Shown here: in pieces, positions 1-13,249 of the stretch
How positions within the stretch are numbered: position 1 is the first letter of the stretch
Layout of the letters: every line of letters starts with the position of its first letter
Assembly (NCBI GenBank): GCA_028023455.1
Contig: JAQFVV010000002.1
Span: 22,568,001-22,632,000, forward strand
DNA length: 64,000 bases
Origin: Epiperipatus broadwayi
Lineage: Eukaryota > Animalia > Onychophora
Direction of reading: 5' to 3'
Position numbers and translations under genes: made by a program
Notes under the pieces: model-generated
What the model saw: only the letters and a program-made list of their open reading frames with translations
Database searches by the model: none
What the model was told of the DNA's origin: nothing

Positions 1-1634
1 TACATGATTACGACTCCTGCATCAGGAACAGCTAAGGAGAGCGAAGGCAAAGAAGTTACCTCTGCATTTTTGCAGAGCAACACATTTCTGGATTCTTTTA
101 TTTATATGCTGAAAGAATAGAGTGCAGCTTGAAGTAAGTACAGCAAGCAAGAGTTCGCTATATTGTCCAATCTTTCAGCAAAATTTCTTCCAACAAAATT
201 CTTAAGATTTCTCTCTGACCTTCAGCACAGGTTACCAGCAAGCATAAGATCAAGAACAAAAGAAAAGTTCTTTATTTATACCCTTTTTCCATTATGTTTT
301 TAATCTGCTAATTAGTAGCGAATCATGCCCATTGTTTCAAATTTTTCCTGTTATCTATTTTTATCTAATTCAGAAAAATGTTTTACTAATTAAATTCCTT
401 TTCTTAATGGATTCTATTTAATTAAGAAATTCATTGAATTCTACCAAATATATTTTAAAAATAATTGCAATTATAATTTTAACTTTCTGCAAATGGTTAA
501 CTGCAATTGATAGTTTTTCATTTTTTCTGAGTCTGTGGAACATGAACAGCTCTTGTAAACTCTGCAAGTGCGCTATGGGGTTTTCTTCTATGTCACCGTG
601 AAAAGTTTTGATGTGAATCGATCTTGTCACCATTGGGATGTCTGTTCTTTCCATGATTTTTATGCTTTCTTTATTTTCACATTGAGTAGTTTCTTTATTC
701 ACATTTTGAAGATTCTCATTTCTTGGCTGATTCTCTTGTGTCGTTTCTGTTCTATATTGTCTACATTCTTCTTTGCATTCTTCTATTTTTTTAACATAGT
801 TTCCATCAATTTTCGTACCCATTGTGGTTCTGGTGTATCTATGTCTCCAGTCCATATAATTGGCGTTTGGTCTTCCCATAACTTTTCTGAAAGTAACATA
901 TCTGTGTCGTCTTTGTTTTTCTGTAGTCCTAGTAAATCCATGTCTCTTTCTGGACTATACATATTTTCTAGAGAAATACGAATAACTAAAAAAAATATAC
1001 AAAAAAAAAATATTTGGTTTGCTATTGTTTTTAGTCTTTGTACTAATACTATTCTTAAAATTTGTCTTATTTTCTACTTTTACTTTTCAAAAAAAATTTG
1101 CTTCACTCTCCCAACCATTCCTGCAACTGTCGTCCTTTTTTTTTTTAACCTGCCAGCTTTCTATCTATCTCTTATCCTATGCATAGTTCCTGCCCTATCC
1201 ATGTTTATTTACATATTTACTACCCTGTTCTGTGTGTTATATATGTGACTATAACTCTGTGTATTTGATATACACTTCAATAAAATATGATTACTACTGC
1301 CGGGGGGGGGGTAAAAAAATTCTACTTGAGCCCATCTTTTCTCTGCTCCTTGTTTGATCACTCTGACTCCCTTCCTAGCAAAAGAAAGAAAAATACATTA
1401 ATATCTGATTTGGTTTTAATTTTCAACCGAACTGATTAATTTCACATCTTGTAAACTATACAACTGATAGCAAACACAGACAGTGCAAAAGAAAAATATA
1501 TAAACCTCTATCATTCACTATATTTATTTTCAAAAAAAAAAACACACAAAAAAAATTTTCTTCTGATCATAAAATTCCTATTATTATATCTCAGGGTCTA
1601 TCTGTAAACAGTAAGGCCACACTTGGGACGCCAG
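1..1634 (-). mobile_element. Internal region of a non-autonomous LTR retroelement (PBS plus degenerate gag-like ORF 418-879)
   Basis: PBS-like TGGCGTCCCAAGTG starts at 1633 on the minus strand. ORF contains IKTFHGDIEENPIAHLQSLQELF (gag-like F.G...P motif). Bases 1-488 are duplicated at 3536-4021. Confidence 0.6.
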
Positions 1635-3230
1635 ATTATACAAAAAAAAAAACTAACTGTAAGAAAAGTAGAACTGCTTTAACCTAACCTAGAGATGCAG
1701 ATAGAGGGGGTTCGAACCTCACCTACTCCTCTAGATTGCTACTAAGCGACTTACTCCCCAAACCTCACTAGAATTTAATCTTAATGTATGCCCGGTGGTC
1801 AGGGAGAGAAGAGACCATGAAAAGGAATTTTTACATATATAATGATCAGATGTACATACGTATGTTACAAAAGAAAACAATACAAAGTGGTTTTATTTAT
1901 AGTGAATGAAAGATAACACAAACTTTTATTATTTACATTAAAAGAATTCATACAATGTTTTATTAATAGTGTCACAGGCTATTTTCACTGCAACCGGATA
2001 GACATGTTTGAAAGATCCATTGATCGTAATGAGAAGAACAGACAAAATTTTACATTATCATTTCTTTCTTTAAAATATTCCAGCCAATGGAAGTGTTACG
2101 TAAAAGAAATCAAGAGAGAGAAAGAGATGATTCATTAACTCTGTGGTTGGAGAACATAGAAATAAATAGGTGGTCAAACTCAACTAAACACTTTGTACAG
2201 GTTTAAATCACCCTACTTATGATTTAAGAAGAATGATAAAGTGACCCCAGCAGGAATTTCCAGCTATAATTGAAACATTTCGATGATATTTTGAGAAAGA
2301 TTTCCTAATAAATATAAATATATAAGACCATGCACACAGGCGATAGCGTATAGTGGGCTGTGAGGCTCGAGACATAGCAGTTACCAAGAGGTTACCACAA
2401 GACCGGATAGCTCTCCGTCTCTAAACTAGGTTAGAGAGAAAAATGGAATCTGTTCACTAAACGCGTGACCCGGATTCAGGATCGGAGTTTTTGTTGCTTA
2501 TGTTCAGTTACGTACATTTAAGGAACTGAGATCGACATGAGATCCCGAACAATTTATTTTTCAGAAGGTCCGAATGCAGGTATGTTAACCTAAGCAAACT
2601 TGGCAAAAGAAGCACTGTAATTTATGCTGAGCGGCCCAGTAGATCATCCGAGGCACGATACCATATAAATATGGTCCACGACCTTTAAATTTAAAAAAAG
2701 AAACCCTCTGCAAAATATATATCTTAGGAAAGCTCAACTATCACTGAAAATCCACAGAAAAATATTAACTTCACCTTTATAAAATTTGAATTAATAAAAA
2801 GAACAAGTGGGCGGATATTTTATTTATTTAGTTGAAATTTAACCCACTCACCACTAAGCCAATGCTATTTAATAATTTTTTAATACATATTGTCAAAATG
2901 TACTCTCTCTTAGTACTAAAATATAAATGCGAACGTTTTATTTCACACTCTTTAAAATATAACTTTAAATTTGTAACTCTTCATTGACTAAAATATACTG
3001 GCATTCGATAAGGATCTTTCATAAGTTTGGAAAGTTTTATAATAGAATATCTAGCAATTTAAATCTTGATTTTAAAATAGTTTTGCACTTTCTATGATTT
3101 GCTTCCTTTTCTTTCTAAATAAATATTTATATAAAATAAATAACTTAATTATGGGAGTATAATGGCGGAAAATTAAACGAAGTATTTTTCAATTAAATTA
3201 ATAAGAACTATGGCCGCCATTATATATAAT
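1635..3230 (-). mobile_element. Putative ~1.6 kb LTR with ATTATA...TATAAT termini
   Basis: Bounded by a PBS-like site (1633) and a PPT-like GGGAGGGG (3233-3240) on the minus strand; 6 bp terminal inverted repeat. LTR plus internal length matches the 3535 bp duplication offset. Confidence 0.55.
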
Positions 3231-4021
3231 AACCCCTCCCATTACAATATAAAAAAAAAAGAAAAGAAGGCAATTAATGAAATATAATTTCACAAGATTC
3301 GAATACATAGATTAAAAAAAAAACATATATATAGAAAAGCATAAATATACATTGAAATTACAAAGATATTTTAATAATTTATGGGAACGTTACCGGTAAC
3401 TAGATGGGTGGGTCAAAATGAGTTCATTTTATGTTTCCCCGCAGGTCTTCTTGGTTATTCAAATTTGTTTTTCCATGTTTTTGAGGGCAGATTTTCACGG
3501 ATACAGGGCAGATACTTTTGTTCTCTGGCTGGCTTACATGATTACGACTCCTGCATCAGGAACAGCTCGAGAGCGAAGGCAAAGAAGTTACCCCTGCATT
3601 TTTGCAGAGCAACACATTTCTGGATTCTTTTATTTATATGCTGAAAGAATAGAGTGCAGCTTGAAGTAAGTACAGCAAGCAAGAGTTCGCTATATTGTCC
3701 AATCTTTCAGCAAAATTTCTTCCAACAAAATTCTTAAGATTTCTCTCTGACCTTCAGCACAGGTTACCAGCAAGCATCAGACCAAGACCAAAAGAAAAGT
3801 TCTTTTTTTATACCCTTTTTCCATTATGTTTTTAATCTGCTAATTAGTAGTGAATCATGCCCGTTGTTTCAAATTTTTTCCTGTTATCAATTTTTATCTA
3901 ATTCAGAAAAATGTTTTACTAATTAAATTCCTTTTCCTAATGGATTTTATTTAATTAAGAAATTCATCGAATTCTACCAAATATATTTTAAAAATAATTG
4001 TAATTATAATTTTAACTTTCT
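3231..4021 (-). mobile_element. Truncated second copy of the same internal region (tandem unit)
   Basis: 3536-4021 is near-identical to 1-488; homology stops abruptly at aactttct (4021). Confidence 0.75.
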
Positions 4022-4199
4022 ATATTTTATTTTATTAAATCTTTTAATTTAGGCAACTATTTGAGAAAACGATAAATTTAGTTTGAAAAAGAAACAGACA
4101 TTCACTGTGGTTGGACTTAGGGTCTTAGTTAGTCCACAGTGAATGGTGAAGCCAGCATATGTATATTTATATATATATGCACAGCTTCACTTATAATAA

Positions 4200-5300
4200 T
4201 TAATTTCTGCTTAAAGCTGTTATTTTTCATGAATTTCCGATTCCAAGTGTAATTATTTTTATTCTATTGCCCAATGGCTTAAATCAATTTCTACCTAGAA
4301 TTGAATTTAAATCTCTTGTAACTATATACAAAGGTAGATTTTTACTTATTTATTTTCACCAGCACAGCTGCAGTTGATTATATTTCTATAGGATTTCTGT
4401 TTACATCAGTCACTGTTAAATCAGTTTTAACTATTGGTAAATTCCTCTTATTTTTCTTTATAATATTTAACCAATCTTTTTGTGACAAAAGAAACGGACC
4501 TACCTATCTGTCAATTTTGCTTCTGACCATCTGTGCACAAATTGAATGTTTTTGGTGTTGATTTCTTTTTTATCACTCCCTCCCCTAGATTTACAGTTCA
4601 ACAGTAAATTGTCCTTTCCCCCCCCACTTTTTAGAATAAACTTGAGACAAATGACCCTCAACACTGCAAGTATGATAGTGGCAATTTTTATATTCGCATT
4701 TATTATTTATATGTCCCTGTATATAACAACATTAATATTTCTAAATGCTATCAGCACTATCTTGTTTCGTTTCTCTACTTGTGCATTATTCACATGTATT
4801 TTCGGTTTCACTGCTTCCATACTATTCTGAAACTCAGTTACATTTTCCATCAATAACAAGTATATAGGTTAGTTCACTTTCACTCAGCAAAAATTGTCAG
4901 CTTGCTATCAATCGTCCCTCACAATAGTTAGTTGAGAAGTATACACAATCCCATGTTATGATCCTGTATCTTTTCATATGCTGCCTGGCATCTATTTTTG
5001 AACTGCAAACACACTACATGTTTAAATGTAGAAGGTTTCAAATGCCTGCTTAATTTCTCTTTTAATTCTTCATATGATACATCTTTTAGAATGCACAATC
5101 GGGTAGCCATCTGTAAAACTTTTCCTGCTAACCACATCATTGTTGCCACTTTTAGCTTATTATCAATTATATTATTGATTAGCATATATCTTTTCACGTG
5201 TGATGTAAATTTGCTACTGCGTTGCATCACTAACTTCAATGAGCTACTTTACAGTGCTGTCATTATTCCATTTAGTATGATTCCCAAATTATATGGTTTT
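4200..5300 (-). mobile_element. Degenerate Ty3/Gypsy gag-protease remnant
   Basis: Gag SYEELKEKLSRHLKP...QFKNRCQ, decayed double CCHC knuckle (CYIQGHINNKCEYKNCHYHTCSVEGHLSQV), protease C-terminal DLNSILGRN*; many stops and frameshifts. Confidence 0.75.
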
Positions 5301-6809
5301 GCTGCTCGTAGGTCTTTTTTATTTTATTTTCTTATGAATTCTCATTGGTGCACTAGGTCATTAGCTATATGCAGCAGATGACTTGGGTTTTTATTATACC
5401 ACAGCTTCTTCAACTGTTGGGTAACTGTCTGCTACCAGCTGAATAAGCATCAAATGTTCCATACCAAAAAAAAACATTGAACATGATGATGAAACTTAAT
5501 TAATCTGGGTTTTTAACATTACAAAGATAAACAGATATAATTATCCATCTTTACAACTAACTTAAAAGATGATCTTGCAATTTTTCAAAAACAACTACTA
5601 GACATAGTACCACAGACAGATCTCTGCAGACATCTATAATTTTTTGAGACTTTAATATTCTTGAGATTAATTTTTTACAAATGCGTAGTCAATGGGGAAA
5701 TTATTTACTTTCCTGTCTGACTATTTTTTATATACAAACACAAAATTATTACTTTATACCAATATAAAATATATATATATATGCACACACGTTAATATTA
5801 TTTTATTAGTCAGTCAGAGCAAAGATTCAGCAGAATTATTAGGAAACCTTCCAAGCTATACGATGCTCAGGGCCTTTCAGAGAAAATGCGAGACCTGGGG
5901 CAACTAATATTTTAGAGGCCCTTTAAAATAACATGGGGAGAAAGTGAAAAAATGAGAGTTTTAACTTACAGGCCCAAAAACAAGACAGCAGATCAGATCC
6001 AAATAGCACTTGGATAGGGTAGATTCACTCTAACACTGTTAGTATCGTAAAACACTGCCAGTTGCAGAGTCATCCAACTGGCACTTCATAAAAGGCGAGT
6101 CATTGATAAACCTTGCACTTTATTTACATCGTTTCATGCTACGTAATAAAAAAAACCCTTGAAAATGCTTCAAACCACGAAAGACGCATTTCACAAAAAT
6201 TCCGATTGTAATAATGAAAGATATATCATATAAAATCTACCAATATTTATTTTCAAATAGAATCATTTATATTTGATACTTGTAATATTATATGATTATT
6301 ATTTGCTATGCAAACAATAAAAATACTAAGTGCAATCAATCAATATGCAATTTCAGAATGATTTTCACCATACTTGAATCAGACTAATATACAGATTTCA
6401 CACTACATTCCAACAACATCAATAAAAGAGTGCCTAGAACTGTCAAAGCTCAGGAAGTAGGGGTCTATTTTAATGCATTTATAAATGTATGAGTATTGTT
6501 TATAAATAGCTGCAGAAGTTTTGCCTATTTCTGATTAAATTTCGTATACATTAAACTACGCATATTTAAGATTTCCATTGAAAAAACTGATGTTTTATTA
6601 CTATTAATAAATTGTTGAAAATGAGGAACTGTCTTTATGGTATATTCAATTGTAATTTCAGGATAAGATTAATATTCAAATTTCCACTACTTTCTAACTA
6701 GATCAGAACTCAAAAAATAGATGATCAGTCTATTCTTTCCATTGACTGATATATGAACGTTTATATATTGCTTGCAGTTTTTATGCGTACTTAGATTAAT
6801 GGGGTGTTA

Positions 6810-7880
6810 ATCCCCTGATTGCGGACCAGGCTTCCATTTGACGACGACTTTTTATTTAGCTACTTACAACTGCAGATCACTTTTACGTGAAGGAAGATTG
6901 CAAGAATAAGAACTGTCTTATATTAAGTGGGACATTATTGGACTTTGTGAAATTAGAAGAAAAGGTGAAGAGACAATTGATTTAAAAAAGTGGACATGTA
7001 CTCTATTATAAAGGTACAATATTGGAAATACAAGTAGAGTAGAATTCATTATAAATAAAAAGTGGAAGAACAACATTGTGGAGATTGATGGTGTATCGGA
7101 CAGAGTGGCAAGATTAATTATACAACTTAATAGCAGATACCAAATGCAGATAATTCAGGTTTATGCCCCAACAAGTTCTCATAGTGAAGTAGTAGAAGAT
7201 TTTTATATGGATGTACAAAAGGCTTTTGATCAGACTAAACAACATTTTAAAATTGTTATGGGAGACTTGAATGCTAGAATTGGTAAACAAATGAAAGTGC
7301 TGAAGGTAATTTTGGTTATGGTAATAGAAATGAGAGAGGACATAGACTTGTGGAGTTTGCAGAAAAAAGAAAAACTTTATATTATGAATTCTTTTTTTGA
7401 GAAAAATGTTAAAAGGAAATGGACATGGAAGCATCCAAATGAAGGTACAGCAGAGTTGGATTATATTTTGACTAACAGAAAATACATATTTTAAGACTGT
7501 AATGTTCTTAATAAATTTAACACAAGAAGTGATCATCGATTAGTAAGATGTAGGATACATGTTAATGCAAAACTAGAGAGACAAAAATTATTAAGAAAAA
7601 CAATATTTACTGTTGATATTCCTAATCTTCAGAAACATTCTAATGAATTTAAATTAGAACTTACAAATCGGTTTCAAGTATTAGTAGATTTTGAACATGA
7701 TTCAGATTTGAATGAAATTAATATGAAAATAATTGATACAATTCTAAAAACTGCAACAAAGATAGCTGGTAGAAAAAAGCAGCAATTGACCAATAAAATT
7801 TCTACTGAGACTATATGAAGATATACAAAAATGATGCATTAAAAAGGATTGAATATCTCGAATTTTGTAAAATGGTGCGG
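6810..7880 (+). mobile_element. RTE LINE fragment (APE endonuclease region), decayed
   Basis: Colinear with 61690-62830; IIQVYAPTS, VMGDLNARIG, ELDYILT motifs. Confidence 0.9.
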
Positions 7881-8229
7881 AAAAGAGTTGAAAATGATAT
7901 AGGTAGACATTGCAACCATTTAACTGATTATTAAAGAATTCAATATCTTTGGCATAACTGCAATAAGAATATGGTTTGATAAAAGGTCGCTCAAGTATAA
8001 TATACTACAAATCAACCGACCATTTAGCAGATAGAATGAATAAATTACTTCTTCAACTTCGAATTGCAGAACTTTGAGAAATAACTGAAAATGGTGATTT
8101 GGATGTAAAGGAGACTTATTCAAATATCAAGAACAAGCAATCATGATAGTCGTCCATTCATGAAAAAAGTTCCATAATTCATACGAAGCCTGTATCAAAT
8201 AATATGATATAGTGAGAATTAATATGTTA

Positions 8230-9350
8230 AAATGAATATTCATTTATTATTATTTTACCACAAGGAAAGAGACATAATATGCACAAGCATTCATGTAATT
8301 CTGCAATTAATTTCATCCTATAAGTTTTTATCTATATTATGACTAAGGTATTTATAGTTGTTTCTTGTAATTCACTATGATTAGACTTTTTTTGAAAAGT
8401 CATTGAACATTACTTTAGCCATTTTTAATATTTATACTCAGTACTTTCTTGCTTTTATCCAATAATTTTTGTAATATTTTCTTCACTTGTGAAATATTGT
8501 TTGCAAATACAATCATATCTACAAAATGTTGATGAGTTTAATAACCATTTATTTGTATTCTCTTAATTTCCTATTTTAATCCATAATGTACATCGTGATC
8601 AATGTTAATTTTCTTAATATCCACCATCTAATTTAATTAGTGTCTTTACATTATAATAAACATTTGCCAAAATTTGACAATATTCTAGATCTTTATATTT
8701 AAATCTTTAATTAGAGCAGAAATCCTTATAGAATCAAATATCTTCAGAATTTGTAAATCCAATACAAGAATGACAAACTCATATTTATTAGTCCTTTCTT
8801 TATTTTGCTGTAATATCCTATAAATACGATTTATCCAAACCACTTCAATGCAAAACTCTTTATTTGTACACATATACAAACACCTTATATTTTGACTGTC
8901 CTGCAGTCTTCAGAGCCAGTTCACTTTAATTTCTTAGCGAACTGGTTCTGAAGAAGACTGCAGGACAGTCGAAAGGTAAGGTGTATGTATATATGTACAA
9001 ATAAAGAGTTTTGCTTTGAAGTGGTTTGGATAAATCATATTTATATAATATTTGAATGTACATAACAATTTTTAAATCCAGCTTGTTCTTTAATTTGGTT
9101 AGAGTTTAAAATTCTCCATAGATAAATTGCAGTGATATTAGTAAACGTCTTGTATAAAATTGATAAAAGTGATGTCTATAATTTCTAATCTTTTCATTTT
9201 ACTTAAATATTGAAAGTATAGCGTTGCCAACAGTAGTATGTTTCTTCAACTGCATTTTTTAAAACAACCATAATGATTCTATCACTTCCTGTAGCTTTTC
9301 TATTCATCATATTTCACTTCAAAAAATGTCATAATAATATGATAGAATAA
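8230..9350 (-). mobile_element. Old RTE LINE RT fragment, interrupted by a palindromic insertion
   Basis: KEQAGF, ERTNKYE...KIFDSI, DMIVFANN motifs, homologous to the 63380-63900 RT region. Confidence 0.75.
8817..9045. mobile_element. ~230 bp fold-back insertion with TAATAT target-site duplication and hammerhead-like core
   Basis: Arms are reverse complements; TAATAT at 8811-8816 and 9046-9051; CTGAAGA-A-GACTG-CAGGA-CAGTC-GAAA on the right arm. Confidence 0.75.
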
Positions 9351-9426
9351 AGGAAGCTAAATCTCAGCCATAATTTATCATGCCAAAATTATTTACTTTT
9401 GATTGTTCAGTAAGCAAACATTGTTT

Positions 9427-9500
9427 TTTTTTCCATGTGTCAAAGCATCAGCCGGGAAACAAACCTGAGACAACTGCTTGTAAGGCAGCTGTACTGACCA
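9427..9500 (-). mobile_element. Degenerate tRNA-like SINE copy
   Basis: Reverse complement matches 43790-43875 (cccggctgatgct.tgacac...poly-A). Confidence 0.55.
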
Positions 9501-11053
9501 ATTAAAAGTCAACTGAATCATTTTAAGTTTATTTGTTCATAATGAGTTTTTATTATATTCCCACTTTCTAATTTATGTTATGTCTATGACTTCTAATAGT
9601 CTAAAGTTGGTTAAGTACATACTGTTTAAAAAAAACAGACTATGAAAGCTTTTCTCTATACAGTCTTTGTATATTTATGATTATTTTAGTTTGAGTTAAA
9701 GCTTATACTTTTATAATTACATTATTTAAAGAAAACTATTTAACATACTATTTTTTTAGAACCTATTTAAATTTCAAGAATTTATTTTACTGATAAGATT
9801 ATAAAGACCAAAAGATATATAGTTGTACTAAGTCATAACATATCCTTAACAAAAACTTGAAATTCAGGTGGTAGAAAATCATAATTTTTTATTGTATTTA
9901 TCAACATAACATCACTTGATCATATGCTTCTCCAAAATTGACATATTTCTCAAATTACTATCTATACTTTTTATTTCTAAATTATAATAACAATCTAAAA
10001 CGCTTAAAATTAGTTTATCAAAATTATTACCAGAAAGTGGACAAACAAATATGGAACTTTATGCTAGTTACATATATTTGCTTATGATTTACTGTTTTGA
10101 TCGAAATAACATTGCATTTTCTGGATTTTTTTATGCACCAGGAAATGCAAAGATAAAGAGCATATTGAAAAATGATAAAATATCAAAATCAGTACTTTGC
10201 AGCATATTTATAATTCTCTAAATAGTTTTATGAACCATATTGAAAATTTGTCATCTATATAGATCTACGAAATAATTCAAAATTCTTTGAACGTCTTATG
10301 ACTCACCTGGAAAAATGTCTATATATTTGTGAAAATGATAATAGAATTGAATGTACTGAGTTGTAATGCATTTATTAAGAGAAAAGTTTTGCATGCACGC
10401 ACCAAAATAAATCAGATATCTTTAATCAATGTTAAACTTTTCTATACAAAGATCTAGACGATAGAGCAAGGTTGGACAAGTTTTTCAGTAATAAAAGTCG
10501 ATCAATATAATGCTTTTTGTACATTTTTGAATGTTCAAAAGTTACAATAGTCATTATTGGAACTAATTTGGCTAGATGCAACAGGCCATCAAATATCAAA
10601 ATATTTTTTATCAATCAAATATTCTAATAAAATTTATTTTAACAACCCTTTTAATTGATGTTTACAAATATTTGGTTTTTACTTATCTTTAAACCCTTTA
10701 CGAAGTAAAACATTTTAATACTGGTACATGTTATAGTACTATAGATCAATATAAAAGTTTAAAAAAAATGGCAATGAAAACAATATTCGTATTGCTTTGG
10801 GAGAAACATACGAGTAGCTTTGAAAGCCACATGTGGCTTTACCAATGTTGCAATAAAGTTATTACCAAGTGATAATGTTTGGTTACCAATGATAGCAAGT
10901 TGCTATTGTATGCCAACAACTTAAAATATTTTTGCAATTATTTAACAAATACAAAAAATAAGTTTTAGAAGAGTTTTTTTCTGTCATGATTTAGTATTTA
11001 TGAAGAGCTTCTGTATATTTAAGTGAAAATAATTAAATATCTTATTTACTTAC

Positions 11054-11125
11054 CTGCATTTGAGGTTTTTTGACATATTGGCCTTCTTTAATAATAACAC
11101 CTGGACATAAAGTTACCATATCCGT
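11054..11125 (-). CDS. C2orf81: Exon of C2orf81-like gene (TDMVTLCPGVIIKEGQYVKKPQMQ)
   Basis: ttttttag acceptor, CAG|GTAAGT donor, 72 nt. VTLCPGV resembles the LKLAPGV motif near the C2orf81 C-terminus. The terminal exon is uncertain. Confidence 0.75.
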
Positions 11126-11155
11126 CTAAAAAATTATAAAATATTAGTTTTGTGG

Positions 11156-12265
11156 ATAAATATATGCAAAAACATATTCAAAATACGCTTAAAATCTGTG
11201 AAAGTTAGCAATTATTGCCTAGTACATTTTGCCTAAGTTATATTACTCGTAGTCATTGCAATTGACAGAGGGGAGAAGATTGCCAGCTTTATTAAAGAAA
11301 CATGAATGGGTGATTAGCATAATTGAATGACTAATTACTTGCTTAAGTCGCCATTTTTTGAGAGGAAAATGCAGTTCCTATCTTTTGTGATGCACCAGGC
11401 CTCCTCAGTTTATTCCCGGTGCAGTTGCTCTCTAGGCATACAATAGTAGCAGATGTAAGCTCGAAGGGATGGCCGAATATGGATTGGTGTTCATAAAAAA
11501 TTGATTTGGTACCCATTTGGGTCTAAGCACAGTTGTATATATACTGATATTGTGTGAATCAAATAAGTGGGGTGGCAATTGATTTGAGGGCATGTGACCT
11601 TGTATATGATTTGTGCCTAGAGGCATTGGAAGTAGAATGTCTTGTGTTGTTAATAAATCAGTTCAGAGGGGAAGGAGTGCATAGAGTGATTTGGTGAATT
11701 GTATGCATTCCTCCCCCTCTGCTCTGACTTATTAACAACGCAAAAGGCATTCTATCCCCAAACCAGAAATCACAAATCATATACAAAGTCATGCCCGCAA
11801 ATCAACTGCCACACCATACATTACGGAGAACCGAAGGCCAACTTGTCTACCTGATTAGCACAACAACCAGTATATATACAACCATGCTCAAATCCACGTG
11901 GATACCAAATCAATTTTTTATGAACACAATCCACTTCGAGCCTACATCTGCCATCATTGTATGTTTAGAGTGCAATGTCAGGCGTAAACTGAAGGAGGCC
12001 TGGTGCAGCGTGAGATATGGGAATGCTGTTAACAAGAAAGGTTCTTGCATTCCCCTCTCGAAAAAGTGGCCTACTTATGCAAATAATTAGCCATTCAATT
12101 ATGCTAATCGCCCATTTATACTTCTTTAATAAAGTTGGAAATCTTCTCCTCTCTGTCAGTTGCCATGACTACGACTAATATAACTTAGTTGAAAGTGCCC
12201 TAAGAAAAAATTGCTAACTTCACAGATTTTAAGTATATCTTGTATACATTTTTGCGTATATTTAT
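11156..12265. repeat. ~1.1 kb imperfect palindrome (fold-back element)
   Basis: Left and right halves are reverse complements throughout; loop about 11684-11701. Confidence 0.9.
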
Positions 12266-12969
12266 GTACATTTGAAATAACGTGAGCTTCTAGTTCAATC
12301 AACGATAATTAAAAAATATTAGTCAAAATATTTCTTGGTATTATTTTTTGAATTAAAAAGATTTTTAACTAAATAAGAATGGTCTGTTATATAATTTATT
12401 GCATGCAAAATTCACAATAGGATTTTTAAATGGTGTTCAAATTATTGAATATAAAACTTTGCCACAAAATTGTTTCATCTGAATAATCACGAACGATGAT
12501 GATCAATGATCTACTAATTAAAGCTAGTTTTCAAGATTTATGTGTAAGAAATTATTAGCAAATTAAATTATGAAATTTTTAACTATAGAATTAAGTTTGC
12601 AAATTAAAATTTAATATTTATTAAAAACCAAAACAAGGTTCAAATAGGTATCACCATATTACTCATTCAAAAATATCATTAATTAACTGCTAATACATTG
12701 CAGATTAAAGTGCAACCGAATTCTGATATATTTATAAGCTATAATGATGATGATCAGCACTGAAAATAGACAAATTGTGGAACAAATTCATAAGTTCTGC
12801 TGAAATTTTTATCTCTTATATAACAGTGTTTTATTATATATTTAAACAATGTAAACACGCCCATAAACGAATTATGGCTTTATCAAATATGTAATGCTGA
12901 TAATATAAACCTATTCACAGAACAACCAAATCTAAAAATGGTACAGTGATAATTCACAAACCATATTCT

Positions 12970-13105
12970 TAAAGAACCATTGTAAATGAACTGGAAAATA
13001 ATGTTCCTTTCTTATATCAATGCTAATCTATTTGTCAAATAAATAGATTGGCTTTGATATAAGAAAGAGAAATTATTTGCTAGTTCATTTAAAATGGTTC
13101 TTTAG
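12970..13105. repeat. ~135 bp imperfect palindrome
   Basis: aaagaaccatt...tttcttatatcaa.gc.aatctattt / aaatagatt.gc.ttgatataagaaa...aatggttcttt. Confidence 0.7.
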
Positions 13106-13249
13106 GAATTTATCACAGTAACATTTTTGGACTTTATTGTTTCATATATAGGTTGTTATATATATATAATACTTTTGGAAAAATACTCTACTTAATGTCG
13201 GAATTTTCTTACTTATCAAAAAAATAACGTATTTTTTCGTATATCCTGT

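Noticed and set aside
568-1248. 226 aa plus-strand ORF
   Set aside because: Phe/Ile-rich antisense shadow of the purine-rich gag-like minus ORF and A-tracts; no domain features.
6250-6700. Possible minus-strand hAT remnant (YFLSFDSSR...)
   Set aside because: Single weak motif, too degenerate to call.
9960-11030. Possible THAP/P-element or other transposase remnant
   Set aside because: Only scattered weak motif resemblance; no continuous alignment could be supported by eye.
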